Shown here in pieces: positions 9,017-19,634 of a DNA stretch of 64,000 nt. The notes beneath the pieces were generated by a model, which ran no database searches, had not been told where the DNA came from, and worked only from the letters and a program-made list of their open reading frames with translations. Numbering within the stretch: position 1 is the stretch's first letter; every line of letters starts with the position of its first letter. The DNA is from Alteromonas sp. (GTDB lineage: Bacteria; Margulisbacteria; Marinamargulisbacteria; UBA6595), in NCBI GenBank assembly GCA_964220215.1, contig CAXPTH010000006.1, positions 1-64,000 on the forward strand, read 5' to 3'. The translations under genes were made by a program, and so were the position numbers.

Positions 9017-11028
9017 GTTGGAATCCGGGTCCAGTCAATGCCCATAGCCTTAAATTTATTGAGAACATGGTATAAAAGTTCAATCCGATTGTCGCGTCGG
9101 GTTGGGTCGGGATCCATGACCATGACGTGATCAAAAAAATCGTCCAACTGGGTGGCGAGTTGGTCCCAATGATCGAAAATGCGTTCTAAAGATGCGGCAT
9201 CCTGATAGACAGGAGTATGCGTGTCAACCAATGCATGCAATGCTTTTTCGTGGGATGTTGTGAGGGTGAGTCCAATGCCTGGGCGTTCTTGATCGGCCAA
9301 TAATTTGCCAACGCGATGCGCACTGGCCTGAATGCGGGCAAAACGCTCTGGGTTTTGTTCTTTTTGGCGGTTAAGCTCTTGGGCCCGATCATACAAGCCC
9401 CGAATGGTTGTTTCTTTGGGGATAATCGCACAGGCCAAGACCATTGGGCCGACGTCAGTTTTGAGGTATTGATACATACGCTGCTCAAAAAACTGGGCGG
9501 CATCGGTATAGGCGGAGTCCGTGACTGTGAGTGTGGGGACTTGGGTGTGTAGGGTTTCGAGCGCTTGTTTCAGTAGGGTATCAATGGGTAGATTCAGGTC
9601 GGGATTGGCGATGCATAGTTGGCATAGGCCATTCATGATGCGCCGAAGGGCCCAGGGGTCTTTGGATCCGGTGGGGATGAGTCCATTGTAAAAGCAACAC
9701 AGGAGGGTATCCACGCGATCGGCGATGCCCACAAGCACCGCTTCGGTCAGGCTGGGCAGGGTGTCGGTGGCAAATCGCGGTAAATAATGCTCAAAAATGC
9801 CGACGCCGGTTGCGGCATCGTCTGGGTTTTGTTGGGTGTAATAGTGCTGGCCCATGGTGCCTTGGAGACTGGGGAATTCGCCCACCATGCCGGTGGCTAA
9901 ATCGCACTTGCAATGATTGGCAATGCGTTCAACACAGTCTAAATTAACGCTCCCAGGAGTCAAACTAGCTAGAGAAAGCGCCAGTATTCGAATGCGCTGC
10001 GTCTTATCGGCCATACTACCAAACTGATCTTGAAACGCAATCGCAGCCAATTTTTTTTGATAGTCAATCAAGTCCGTTTTAAGATCCGATTCGTAAAAAA
10101 ACGCTGCATCAGACAACCGAGCCGCCACCACCCGTTCGTTTCCTTGAATAATGGTATCGGTATTGGCTTTGGTCACCGAATCGGCCACAAAGGCAAACTG
10201 ATCGGTATCCAATAGCACCGCTTTTTGATGGGTTTCAATGCATGTTTTGACAACATCTACGGGCAAATTTTGACGTTGAATACGCCCTGTTAACACGGTT
10301 GGCCATTCCGACAAATACACCAATTGATCGACCAAATAATGGTCCATCGATGCCTGAATAGCGGCTCGGCGTTGTGCAGGGTCAGCCATTACCCGGTGGG
10401 CCATAAGGGGCTCGGCATAATCCGAGGCATGGGCCAAAGCCACAGGTGCTCCGATGTGGGTATCCCCCGCACTCAAGAAGCGGTGCCCATGGGTAACCCG
10501 ATCACTGGTAATGCCAAATAGTGTTAGGGGAATAACGGCGGTATCCAGTAGGGCACATACCCAATGCACTGGTCGAATAAAGGGCCCATTATGCTCGCCC
10601 CAGTGCATTTCAATGGGCAATTTAAGCCCCCGTACACAGTCTGTGATTAGACTCGGTAAGCAGTCGATGGCCGCTTTTCCGGCTTGTGTTTGATCCAGAA
10701 ACCAGTAAGCGGTTCCGTTGTGATCCGCTTGGATTAAATCGTCGGGCGTATAGCCCAATTTTTTAGAAAACCCGAGGACGGCTGCATCAGGAGCGCCCAC
10801 AGCAGGCCCGCGTTGATACAGTGTTTGGTCGGGTTGTTTATCCAAAATTCCGGTTACAAGCATAGCGAGTCGCCGCTGAGTCGCATAGGGGGTTACGGTG
10901 TTGGTGGCGTCGAGTAGGTTGGCGTTCTGCAACGCGGCGTGTACATTCGTGGTCAATTGGTCCAGCATGGGCTGGCAAAACCGAGCCGGAATTTCTTCAC
11001 AGCCCAATTCAATGAGTAATGTGCTCAT
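9013..11028 (-). CDS. glyS: Glycine--tRNA ligase beta subunit
   Basis: [55 protein letters not shown]. Confidence 0.95.
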   Translation of the reverse strand: MSTLLIELGCEEIPARFCQPMLDQLTTNVHAALQNANLLDATNTVTPYATQRRLAMLVTGILDKQPDQTLYQRGPAVGAPDAAVLGFSKKLGYTPDDLIQADHNGTAYWFLDQTQAGKAAIDCLPSLITDCVRGLKLPIEMHWGEHNGPFIRPVHWVCALLDTAVIPLTLFGITSDRVTHGHRFLSAGDTHIGAPVALAHASDYAEPLMAHRVMADPAQRRAAIQASMDHYLVDQLVYLSEWPTVLTGRIQRQNLPVDVVKTCIETHQKAVLLDTDQFAFVADSVTKANTDTIIQGNERVVAARLSDAAFFYESDLKTDLIDYQKKLAAIAFQDQFGSMADKTQRIRILALSLASLTPGSVNLDCVERIANHCKCDLATGMVGEFPSLQGTMGQHYYTQQNPDDAATGVGIFEHYLPRFATDTLPSLTEAVLVGIADRVDTLLCCFYNGLIPTGSKDPWALRRIMNGLCQLCIANPDLNLPIDTLLKQALETLHTQVPTLTVTDSAYTDAAQFFEQRMYQYLKTDVGPMVLACAIIPKETTIRGLYDRAQELNRQKEQNPERFARIQASAHRVGKLLADQERPGIGLTLTTSHEKALHALVDTHTPVYQDAASLERIFDHWDQLATQLDDFFDHVMVMDPDPTRRDNRIELLYHVLNKFKAMGIDWTRIPT

Positions 11029-11888
11029 ACCAAGGACTCCATGTACTGCTTGGCACAGGCATTGGCCAGTTTTCGAATCCGTAAAATAATGGCCATGCGG
11101 GCTGTGACAGAGATGGCGCCTCTTGCGTCGAGCAGATTAAAGCAATGGGAGCATTTGAGACAGTAATCATAGGCCGGCTCAATGGCACCGGTGGCTAAGA
11201 TGGACTGGCACTCTGCTTCATAAAGTTCAAACAACTGCCAGAGCCGATCGGTACTGGTGTGGTCTAAATTGTAATACGACTGAGATTTTTCACTGGCTAA
11301 GAAAATATCCCCATAGGTGGTTGTGTGGCTATTGCTTTTTTGCCAAATGAGGTCAAAGACGGTATCTTTTTGCTGAATAAACATGGCCAGACGCTCCAAA
11401 CCGTAGGTCAACTCCACACTCACGGGGTTGCAGGGGACACCCCCGCATTGTTGAAAATAGGTAAATTGGGTGACTTCCATACCATCCAGCCAAACTTCCC
11501 AGCCCACGCCCCAGGCGCCTAAGGTGGGGGATTCCCAGTTGTCTTCTACAAACCGAATATCGTGGTTATTGGGGGTAATGCCAATAGCGCCGAGACTTTG
11601 AATATACAGATCCTGAACATTCAGCGGCGATGGCTTTAGGATCACTTGGAATTGATAATAATGCTGCAATCGATTGGGGTTTTCGCCATAGCGACCGTCG
11701 GTGGGTCGTCGGCAGGGCTCTACATAGGCCACTTGCCATGGCTGGGGATCTAAGACGCGCAAGAATGTATAGGGGCTCATGGTTCCCGCCCCTTTTTCAG
11801 TATCGTAGGGCTGTAAGAGTAAACATCCTTGGTTTTTCCAGAATTGCTGAAGCTGATGAATAATGTCTTGAAATGTTGCTGCTTCCAT
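11025..11888 (-). CDS. glyQ: Glycine--tRNA ligase alpha subunit
   Basis: [53 protein letters not shown]. Confidence 0.98.
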   Translation of the reverse strand: MEAATFQDIIHQLQQFWKNQGCLLLQPYDTEKGAGTMSPYTFLRVLDPQPWQVAYVEPCRRPTDGRYGENPNRLQHYYQFQVILKPSPLNVQDLYIQSLGAIGITPNNHDIRFVEDNWESPTLGAWGVGWEVWLDGMEVTQFTYFQQCGGVPCNPVSVELTYGLERLAMFIQQKDTVFDLIWQKSNSHTTTYGDIFLASEKSQSYYNLDHTSTDRLWQLFELYEAECQSILATGAIEPAYDYCLKCSHCFNLLDARGAISVTARMAIILRIRKLANACAKQYMESLV

Positions 11889-11932
11889 ACAGATCATTTT
11901 AGCATAAATTTAGCACAGATTGGGGTGTTTCG

Positions 11933-12008
11933 TGGTGGAGGTGACAGGGATCGAACCTGCGACCTTCTGCGTGCAAGGCAGATGCTCTCCCAGCTGAGCT
12001 ACACCCCC
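11933..12008 (-). tRNA. tRNA-Ala(TGC)
   Basis: 76-nt cloverleaf GGGGGTGTAGCTCAG...CT-TGC-AC...GTTCGATCC...CACCTCCACCA; G3:U70 identity pair; encoded CCA. Confidence 0.97.
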
Positions 12009-12017
12009 ACGGGTGTA

Positions 12018-12094
12018 TGGTGGGCCTGCCTGGAATTGAACCAGGGACCTCACGCTTATCAGGCGTGCACTCTAACCATCTGAGCTACAAGCCC
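12018..12094 (-). tRNA. tRNA-Ile(GAT)
   Basis: 77-nt cloverleaf GGGCTTGTAGCTCAG...CT-GAT-AA...GTTCAATTCC...GGCCCACCA; TATAAT box at 12109-12114 upstream. Confidence 0.97.
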
Positions 12095-12109
12095 ACAAAC
12101 CGTAAATCA

Positions 12110-13477
12110 TTATACAAGATCTTTTTGGGTTTGGCCACTAGGAATGTACTGTGGCAGGTAAATCGATAGGGTTGTTCCGATGTTAATGGTGGACTCAATA
12201 TGGATCGCTCCGTTTTGTTTGGCAATGATTTTTTTAACTTCGGCTAATCCTAAACCTGCGTTTGACCGCTCCGATTTTTTGGTAACAAATGGTTCGAAAA
12301 TTAGATTTAATTGATCCGCTTGTATGCCACAGCCGGTATCGGTGATTGCTATTTTAACGCCGTCAATGGGTCCGTTTGATGACGATGGCTCTGTGTCAAT
12401 CGGGGTATAGCGTTCGGTTGATACATCAATTGTGATACGCCCATGATCTGGGGTGAATTGCAACGCATTGAGTGTGACATTTCGAATAGCAGAATGCACG
12501 TCGTGCTCATTTCCGTATACAAATAGGGGCGTATCGGCTTGAATGACGAGCTCGATGGATTTTGACTTAGCTTGATGGGAAAATAGCAAACCAATATCCG
12601 CACACAGTGTGTGCATGGCGACAGCAGTGTTTTTTGAATGGTTAATTTGTGTGTATTTCAGCATACTATCCGTTCGTTTGGCTAAATGATGGATGTTTTT
12701 TAGAAAAACAGTCGCTGTTTTCTCAGCTAGAGCGGTGTCTTCGGGTGTTTTTTTTAATAAATCAGCCCATAGTTTTAGCGATGCCATGGGGTTTCTCAGT
12801 TCATGGCTGATGCCTTGGATAACGTGGCCAAATGTGGCTTGATTATGGAGCTGCGCTTGAATGGCTTTGCTGCTCGATAGATCATCTTCTGTTTTTTTGA
12901 GCTTCTGTGTTGTTTTTCCAAAATCTTGGGTAAAAATATAAGCGAACGATAGCGTTGAACCAAAGGTGATGCAGGCAATTAAGTCTTGGTATGCCTGGCT
13001 AAGTGGTTCTGTTAATTCGTAGCTGGGTATAAATTGAATATTGGTAAAATCAACTAAAAAATAACACAGAATTGATAGCGCAATGCCAATCGTGATTTGA
13101 ATGTGCTCTGTTTTTTTGAATAGTAGTAACGGAATCCAGACAATACTAATATACATAATATTTGTTTTAATGCTATCTCTCATAATGGATGCAAAATAAA
13201 AAATGCCGATATTTAGCCATATGCAGGTGGCTAATCGTGTGATAGGCACATGCCGGGTTGTGCTGAGATAATACAAGGTGCTGGCTCCAACTAACCAAAC
13301 GATTTCAGAAATGATTAGAAATATGTCCTGAATAAACAAAAAGAATAATAAGTAAATGCTCGAGCATATACACAATATGTGTAAAATTTTTTGAGTGCGT
13401 TGATACTCAATGGTATTGGTTAAAGCTGTAGAGGACGATTGTCTACATGAGCGAATTGCTGATACAAATGAAAACAT
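12110..13477 (-). CDS. Membrane sensor histidine kinase (orphan)
   Basis: Multiple N-terminal TMs, H-box ISHELRNP, N-box NVTLNALQF, DTGCGI, FEPFVT, GLGL. Confidence 0.9.
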   Translation of the reverse strand: MFSFVSAIRSCRQSSSTALTNTIEYQRTQKILHILCICSSIYLLFFLFIQDIFLIISEIVWLVGASTLYYLSTTRHVPITRLATCIWLNIGIFYFASIMRDSIKTNIMYISIVWIPLLLFKKTEHIQITIGIALSILCYFLVDFTNIQFIPSYELTEPLSQAYQDLIACITFGSTLSFAYIFTQDFGKTTQKLKKTEDDLSSSKAIQAQLHNQATFGHVIQGISHELRNPMASLKLWADLLKKTPEDTALAEKTATVFLKNIHHLAKRTDSMLKYTQINHSKNTAVAMHTLCADIGLLFSHQAKSKSIELVIQADTPLFVYGNEHDVHSAIRNVTLNALQFTPDHGRITIDVSTERYTPIDTEPSSSNGPIDGVKIAITDTGCGIQADQLNLIFEPFVTKKSERSNAGLGLAEVKKIIAKQNGAIHIESTINIGTTLSIYLPQYIPSGQTQKDLV

Positions 13478-13480
13478 GAT

Positions 13481-15280
13481 TTAGTGGATGGATTGCACTT
13501 GGTTTGAAATGGGAATTTCTGGTTTTTTAAACAAATAATGAAACACCTGCCACTCGCTACCGCGTTTGGTCTTAAATAGTTCTTCGCATGCCATAAAAAA
13601 CAGGCGCCAAAAAATCCAATATTGCTTCGCTTTTCCTCCATAATTTTCGTGAAACAAGGCTGAAATTTCAGGCCGATGGGCATCCATATTGTTCAGCCAA
13701 TCGCGACACGTTCGGGCATAGTGGGTGCCTGACACATCCCATTGATTTTTAATGGTTAAGTGATTCTGGGCAATTTGAAATAAATCCCGGCTGGGCATTT
13801 GGCCACCGGAGAAAAAATAGCGACTCATCCAATTGGCCACCCACGATTGATTGGCTTTAATGTCAAAAGGATATGCGTATTCCCGATGCCCAAAAATATG
13901 AATAAAGGCGTACCCGTCGTCGGCTAACCACGCGGCCAATCGTTTGAATAATTGATCGTAGTTGTGCAAATGCTCAAACAGCTCAATGCTGACAATACGA
14001 TCAAATTTTCGTCGAAATCGAATTTCAGCAACATTGGCACGTTTCACAATCAGATTGTGTAAGCCTCGCTCAGCAATTTGCTCGTTAATATAGGCTTCTT
14101 GTGTTCCAGAGTTTGAAATGGCTAAAAATTTGGATTTGGGGTATTTCTGAGCGGCATACAAACAAAACGATCCCCAGCCACACCCCAGCTCTAAGACGGT
14201 TTGCCCATCGATTAAGTTGGCGCGTTGGCAGACACGCTCAAGCATGTTGGATTCAGCTTGATCCAGGGATTGGGTGTTGCTTGTATAGAATCCGGAACTG
14301 TATTTCTTGTGTTTGCCCAAGGCATACGTATAAAACTCCGTGGGCACTTCATAATGCTGGTCATTCGCAGCATCGGTTTCATAGGCAATGTTGCCGTGCT
14401 TGAGTTGTTTGGCATAGTCGTGAATGGTATGGGTCTTGTAATGGGCCTTAAGTTGGCGAAGCCGGGCTCGGAGTTGGTATCGGATACCCAGTCGATACAC
14501 CCAATCGGGTAATTGAATGGTACAGATAACCCAGCGATAAACATCCGGAATAATCATCGGTGTTTCCGTTTGATATTGGCGATAGGCATCGCCATGGCGG
14601 TCGCAGGAGCATCGTTCGGTATATGGACCACTAACATGGCGCAAGATTATCCACATGATGACTGGGCTAAGCCAACCCCAAAGACTGGGGACACAAAGGG
14701 CAACGCCCACCCACATGAGCCATTCAAAAAAATAATTGGGGTGCCGAGAATAGGCCCATAACCCAGATTGACAGATGCCCCCGTTTGGGACCGTTTTTTT
14801 GAAGGTGTACAGCTGCATATCAGCCACATGCTGCCCCCCAATGCTTAGGCCAATAACACTCAAGCCCAACACCCCGACTAGATGAATAGAAGTCGCGTCT
14901 TGAAGGGAAAACACGCTCACTATAAGGAGAATTTGGATCGACCCTTGAACTAGATAATGCCCCCATAATTTAATGTGTTTGATCCAACCGTTGCCGGTCC
15001 AATTGGTTTGCATCGTGGTATACCGATGGTCGTGGCGATTGTGGCGGATTCGTGTCCACCATAAAAACCCAGATAATCGCATGGCCCATATACACAAAGC
15101 GGCAACCACAAGCCACCCCGGTAGCGACAATGGGGCCATAACCCCAAGGCCACATGCCGCTAAAGCAATCCCAAGCGCCCAGTATACATCAACAATAGCG
15201 GGGTTTTTGAGCCATAGGCTCAGTCCAAATAGGCTGGTTACACCTGCATAAATACCAAGTATGATCCATAGTATAGTCAT
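13481..15280 (-). CDS. Fusion: DUF1295 (steroid 5-alpha-reductase/ICMT-like membrane domain) + CFA-like class I SAM methyltransferase
   Basis: N-half VDVYWALG, ADMQL, GLWAYSRHPNYFFEW; C-half ANDQHYEVP, KYSSG, LELGCGWGS, SNSGTQ, SIELFEH, FFSGGQMPS, GTHYART. Confidence 0.9.
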   Translation of the reverse strand: MTILWIILGIYAGVTSLFGLSLWLKNPAIVDVYWALGIALAACGLGVMAPLSLPGWLVVAALCIWAMRLSGFLWWTRIRHNRHDHRYTTMQTNWTGNGWIKHIKLWGHYLVQGSIQILLIVSVFSLQDATSIHLVGVLGLSVIGLSIGGQHVADMQLYTFKKTVPNGGICQSGLWAYSRHPNYFFEWLMWVGVALCVPSLWGWLSPVIMWIILRHVSGPYTERCSCDRHGDAYRQYQTETPMIIPDVYRWVICTIQLPDWVYRLGIRYQLRARLRQLKAHYKTHTIHDYAKQLKHGNIAYETDAANDQHYEVPTEFYTYALGKHKKYSSGFYTSNTQSLDQAESNMLERVCQRANLIDGQTVLELGCGWGSFCLYAAQKYPKSKFLAISNSGTQEAYINEQIAERGLHNLIVKRANVAEIRFRRKFDRIVSIELFEHLHNYDQLFKRLAAWLADDGYAFIHIFGHREYAYPFDIKANQSWVANWMSRYFFSGGQMPSRDLFQIAQNHLTIKNQWDVSGTHYARTCRDWLNNMDAHRPEISALFHENYGGKAKQYWIFWRLFFMACEELFKTKRGSEWQVFHYLFKKPEIPISNQVQSIH

Positions 15281-17235
15281 ACAGTGTTTCGTTTAAATTG
15301 AAGTTGGTAAACGCCTAGATAATCGCTAGAAAATGCGGCTTCACAGTAGGCAAAGTAGTAATGCCAACGCCGTAGAAAATCCGATGAAAACCCCAGCTTT
15401 TGAGCAGCGGCTTCGTTGCCCTGTAAATTTTCAGCCCATTTTTTCAACGTGATGGCGTAGCTGCTGGCAATATTGGTGGCTGTGACCAAGCGCAAATGGG
15501 TGAGTTGGCGGGTTAACGACGTAATGGTTTCTAAAGAGGGCAAATGCCCACCAGGGAAAATGCTGTGTTTAATAAAGTCCATGCTGGTTTTGTATCGCTT
15601 ATAATCGTGATTGGGGTACGTGATGGCTTGTAAAATAACTCGACCACCCGGCTTAACCAATCGGTTTAATTGTTTAAAATAATCGGGTAAAAATTGGTGC
15701 CCCACCGCTTCAATCATTTCAATACTAACAATGTGATCATAGTGACCCGATAGTGTTCGGTAGTCTTGCAGTTGAATGCTAATGAGATCTTGAAGGCCTT
15801 CATCGTGAATGCGTTGCTGGGTCCAGTCGTATTGTTCTTGGGATAATGTAATGGTCGTCACCCGACAGCCCACCGTTTTGGCGATATGCAAGGCCATGCC
15901 GCCCCAACCCGAACCAATTTCTAACACGTGATCGGTCGGGGATAGATTCATGGGCTCAACTAAAGCCCGGAGTTTCCGCTGCTGAGCGGTGCTTAACGAT
16001 TCGGATTCGTTGTCAAATAGTGCCGATGAATACAGTTTGGTCTCATCTAAAAATAAGGCATAAAAATCATTGCTAATGTCATAATGATCTTGAATATTAC
16101 TTTTGGATTGATCCACGGTATTTAAGGCCTGTTTTCGCGTGGCGAACTTCAAATATAAGCGATACCACCAGGATCCGTTGCTCATGCTTTGAATCAAGCT
16201 GCAATTGATGAGAATGACTTTGAGCAAATCAGCCACCGATGGGCTGTGCCAATACCCACGAATATACGCTTGGGCAAACCCAATTTCCCCTTTTCGAGCG
16301 AGTGTTGAAAAGAACCAGGTGTTGTTGATGGTAATTTGAGCCTGCAGGGAACTGGCTGGATCACCAAATTCTTCTTGGGACCCGTCGGGCAGGGTTAGTG
16401 TTAAACAACCATGTTTGAGCTGTTTAAGGCGATTCGACAAAAGGCTCCAAATGCGACGATGCGATAAAGACAAAGGCATTGTTCGAATTAAATTTTGACC
16501 AATGGGTTTAACGTTTGCATGCAACTTCTTTTTATAATACAGGATAATGGCTTGTTTGAAAATTCTGGGGAGCACAAGGGCATTGGTTAATGGGTGAGTA
16601 ATCGCCGTTTTTAAGAGCTGATACCGAGATAACGGCCGGGTGGTTCCGCCAAATGTGGCGGTGAGTGTTTTTTGATCTTCCTGATAGTAATCAATGGTGA
16701 CCAAAAGCCGAGACGCTGTGTTGGCAATCGTAAAATGATAGTGCCCGGTTTCATTGAGGAATGGCGAAACATGAAATGGTTTTTCAATTTTAAATTGATT
16801 GGGTCCAATCTGATGGCGTGTGTCGCATTGATATAAGTAGCTTTCTTTGTAGGTGTTGGTCACTTCAGCCATGAGTCCCACGAGGGTATCGGCATGATAC
16901 AGCAAATACAGGCTGATTGGCTTAAATGGCCGACCCAAGTACCGGGGCATGGTTAATAATTGAATACGGGTTACGGGGTGTTGAAATTGCATGGATTGCA
17001 TGTGCTTGTTGAGTTTGGCATCTAGGGTGTCGGTTGTGGGGTCTAGATAATCGGCATCATAGATAGACCACAATCGCCGTTGATTGTAGCCCAATGGGGA
17101 TTGGCTTAATTCACGGGTATCGCATCGAATCCATACCAGCGGGTATTCAAAATGATGGTGGGTGGGCGCATGCCGCGTGTGGGTCGTGGTGCCCGCAATA
17201 ATGGCGTTACAGGCTGTCGATGAGTTGTTGCGCAC
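15277..17235 (-). CDS. Fusion: DUF1365 + cyclopropane-fatty-acyl-phospholipid synthase family methyltransferase
   Basis: N-half G..TH.R..P.HHF.Y, LLTMPRYLG..F.P, AEVTNT, KPFHVSPF; C-half NIQDHYDISNDFY, LEIGSGWGG, SIEMIEAVGH, IFPGG. Start uncertain (GTG 17235 or ATG 17259). Confidence 0.88.
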   Translation of the reverse strand: MRNNSSTACNAIIAGTTTHTRHAPTHHHFEYPLVWIRCDTRELSQSPLGYNQRRLWSIYDADYLDPTTDTLDAKLNKHMQSMQFQHPVTRIQLLTMPRYLGRPFKPISLYLLYHADTLVGLMAEVTNTYKESYLYQCDTRHQIGPNQFKIEKPFHVSPFLNETGHYHFTIANTASRLLVTIDYYQEDQKTLTATFGGTTRPLSRYQLLKTAITHPLTNALVLPRIFKQAIILYYKKKLHANVKPIGQNLIRTMPLSLSHRRIWSLLSNRLKQLKHGCLTLTLPDGSQEEFGDPASSLQAQITINNTWFFSTLARKGEIGFAQAYIRGYWHSPSVADLLKVILINCSLIQSMSNGSWWYRLYLKFATRKQALNTVDQSKSNIQDHYDISNDFYALFLDETKLYSSALFDNESESLSTAQQRKLRALVEPMNLSPTDHVLEIGSGWGGMALHIAKTVGCRVTTITLSQEQYDWTQQRIHDEGLQDLISIQLQDYRTLSGHYDHIVSIEMIEAVGHQFLPDYFKQLNRLVKPGGRVILQAITYPNHDYKRYKTSMDFIKHSIFPGGHLPSLETITSLTRQLTHLRLVTATNIASSYAITLKKWAENLQGNEAAAQKLGFSSDFLRRWHYYFAYCEAAFSSDYLGVYQLQFKRNTV

Positions 17236-18418
17236 TGTGGGTGCCCCATTGAAAGCCATCTTCATGAAACCCATACCCCATGTAGCTGCCAGCCACAAAA
17301 ATAGGCGGTGTCTGTTGGCGCAAGACAGCTTGGGTGGCCAGGCTGGCGGTGTCAAAGATGGGGTGTCGCTCGGTTCGATCATTCAGAATTTTATCGGATT
17401 GAATGGTATCGGGATTATTGAGTGTGACCAAGTAGTGTGTGTTGGCCATGCTTAGGGCATGCAGGCGATTCATATAATAGGTCACATGGCAATGGGGGGC
17501 TGTGTGATGCACGGTCCATGAGGCCCATCGATGGGGGGCTGTTCGGGGCATAATGCTTGTATCGGTATGCAGGGTAACCCGATTTGTTGCATACCGCCAA
17601 GGGGCTAAACACTTGGCTAAGGGATGGTTGCCTAAGCAGGCATGGGCTTGATCGGCTTGGGCGGCGATTAAAACACGGTCAAATGGGATGGATTCCGTTT
17701 CTGTTCGAACAACAGCGGTTGTATCCGATTGTAGCACGGCTTGAATGGGCGTGTTTGTATGAATCCTGCCTGAAAATTGGGCTTGAAATGCGTCAAGATA
17801 GCGTTGGGCACCCCCACAAACGGTGCGCCAACGGGGACGATCCTGAACTTGAAGCAGGCAATGATTATCCCAAAAAGCAAAAAAAGACTGGGCTGGAAAA
17901 TTTAGAATTTCGTCATCCGGGCAGGACCAAATGGCGGCTCCCATGGGGATTAAATAGCGGTGAATAAAGGCATCGGGGTAATTTTTTTGGGCGAGGTATT
18001 CACGCAACGATAGGGTGCCCATTGTCGGCAAATCGGCCATCGTGGTGCGATTAAATAGTGAAATTGTTCGAATAACGGACCAGTGCGTCGGGGACCACCA
18101 CCGGCTACCCACGATTCCCCACGGGATATCGCTGGTGTAAAAATACCCATCGTCGTGGTAGCCAAACGACATGTCGCTGGCTTGGGTGGGTACGGATAGT
18201 TCGTTTAGAAATTGTGAAAATAATGGGTAGTTTTTGTCATTCAATACAATAAAGCCGGTATCAATGGCTGTTTCGGTGTCCACTGCAATGGTATGGGTGT
18301 GGCCACCCAGGCGGGGTTGGGCTTCAAACAGGTCAACCTGGGCATGATTCTGGAGGGCATAGCAGGCGGCAATGCCAGTGATGCCGGACCCAACAACGGC
18401 GACCCTAGGCTTTGGCAT
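17207..18418 (-). CDS. FAD-dependent oxidoreductase (COG2907-type)
   Basis: VVGSGITG, RLGGHTHT, DTGFIVLN..NYP, SDMSF, PMGAAIWS, GYGFHEDG. Confidence 0.92.
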   Translation of the reverse strand: MPKPRVAVVGSGITGIAACYALQNHAQVDLFEAQPRLGGHTHTIAVDTETAIDTGFIVLNDKNYPLFSQFLNELSVPTQASDMSFGYHDDGYFYTSDIPWGIVGSRWWSPTHWSVIRTISLFNRTTMADLPTMGTLSLREYLAQKNYPDAFIHRYLIPMGAAIWSCPDDEILNFPAQSFFAFWDNHCLLQVQDRPRWRTVCGGAQRYLDAFQAQFSGRIHTNTPIQAVLQSDTTAVVRTETESIPFDRVLIAAQADQAHACLGNHPLAKCLAPWRYATNRVTLHTDTSIMPRTAPHRWASWTVHHTAPHCHVTYYMNRLHALSMANTHYLVTLNNPDTIQSDKILNDRTERHPIFDTASLATQAVLRQQTPPIFVAGSYMGYGFHEDGFQWGTHSAQQLIDSL

Positions 18419-19034
18419 AAGGCATTTTTGTACCAGGGTTAACGGTGTGGTAATGATCGAGCCCGGAGATCGTCATGGTTCCCAATAGGGACAAGTCAAT
18501 CGACCCATTGTTTTGAATGCAGGGTTTGGCGATATGCACCCATCGAATGTGAGCAATGACAATATGAGTAGGATTCACTTGAGTATGGTGGACCTCGGCA
18601 AATTCCAGCCCCAGTTTGAATTGAGACTCTTGGACGTAGGGGGCGGGAAAGTCATTGAAGTATTCGGGTGTTAACCCAGTGGCTTCAAATTCAGAAACGG
18701 TTTTGGGATACCGGGCACTGGTTTGATGGGCGGCTTTAAAAAACGATTCACCAATATGGTTGAGCGTAAAAAAATGCGTATGCATAATATTTTCGTAGCC
18801 ATGGCGAGGGACTATACTAGGCCGAAACACAATGCCAAGGGTGGGGGGATTGCTGCCAATATGCACTGCGGAGCTCACGAGCGTTAAATTTTCATTTCCG
18901 TCAGCATCCACAGTACCGACTAAGTTGGCACTTTTGAACCCGGATAAACTATTGATAAAATTGACTTGGTATCGGCCATCCATGGCGGCAATATCGGACA
19001 CCCCCAGCGTTACGGTTTCGGGGGATTGAGTCAC
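18405..19034 (-). CDS. Flavin reductase family protein
   Basis: INSLSGFKSANLVGT, SSAVHIGSNPP, AHQTSARY, SEF..TGL, SGLDHY. Confidence 0.88.
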   Translation of the reverse strand: MTQSPETVTLGVSDIAAMDGRYQVNFINSLSGFKSANLVGTVDADGNENLTLVSSAVHIGSNPPTLGIVFRPSIVPRHGYENIMHTHFFTLNHIGESFFKAAHQTSARYPKTVSEFEATGLTPEYFNDFPAPYVQESQFKLGLEFAEVHHTQVNPTHIVIAHIRWVHIAKPCIQNNGSIDLSLLGTMTISGLDHYHTVNPGTKMPYAKA

Positions 19035-19037
19035 GGG

Positions 19038-19634
19038 CTATAAACTACCTTTCGTGGAGGGTATTTGAGACCCACGGTTGGGGTCTAGGCGTGTGGCTTG
19101 AGATAAGATTCTTCCCAGCGCTTTGAAAATAGACTCGCATACGTGATGGGTGTTGGTTCCCCGAATCACGTCCACATGCAATGTAATGCCGGCATGTAGC
19201 ACAAAAGCTCGAAGAAATTCCTCGACCAGTTCGGTATCAAAATCACCCACTTTGGGTGCAATGGGGGGGATTTGGTAATGCAAAAACGCACGGTTGCTAA
19301 TATCAACGCTGATTGAGCAGAGGGCTTCGTCCATTGGAATTGATCCTGAGGCATACCGATAAATGCCGCGACAATCGCCCAGGGCTTGCTTAATGGCTTG
19401 CCCTAAAACAATGCCGGTATCTTCAACCGTATGATGGGCATCGATGTGCAAATCACCGCGAATCGACAACTCAAGATCATACAAGCTGTGTGCCGCAAAT
19501 AAGGTGAGCATGTGGCCAAAAAATCCACAATCGGTGGTTAAGGCCAATTGACCAGTACCGTCGAGTTGAACCGATCCGGCAATCTGTGTTTCGGTGGTTT
19601 TTCGTTCAATGCGTCCAAATCGTGGTTGGGTCAT
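19038..19634 (-). CDS. hisB: Imidazoleglycerol-phosphate dehydratase
   Basis: [50 protein letters not shown]. Confidence 0.97.
   Translation of the reverse strand: MTQPRFGRIERKTTETQIAGSVQLDGTGQLALTTDCGFFGHMLTLFAAHSLYDLELSIRGDLHIDAHHTVEDTGIVLGQAIKQALGDCRGIYRYASGSIPMDEALCSISVDISNRAFLHYQIPPIAPKVGDFDTELVEEFLRAFVLHAGITLHVDVIRGTNTHHVCESIFKALGRILSQATRLDPNRGSQIPSTKGSL

Noticed and set aside
11829..12083. 84-aa plus-strand ORF
   Set aside because: Antisense to two tRNA genes
17236..17382. Long N-terminal extension of DUF1365::CFA, or a triple fusion with the oxidoreductase
   Set aside because: It lies inside the oxidoreductase's conserved GFHEDG end in another frame; a nearer GTG/ATG start is sufficient
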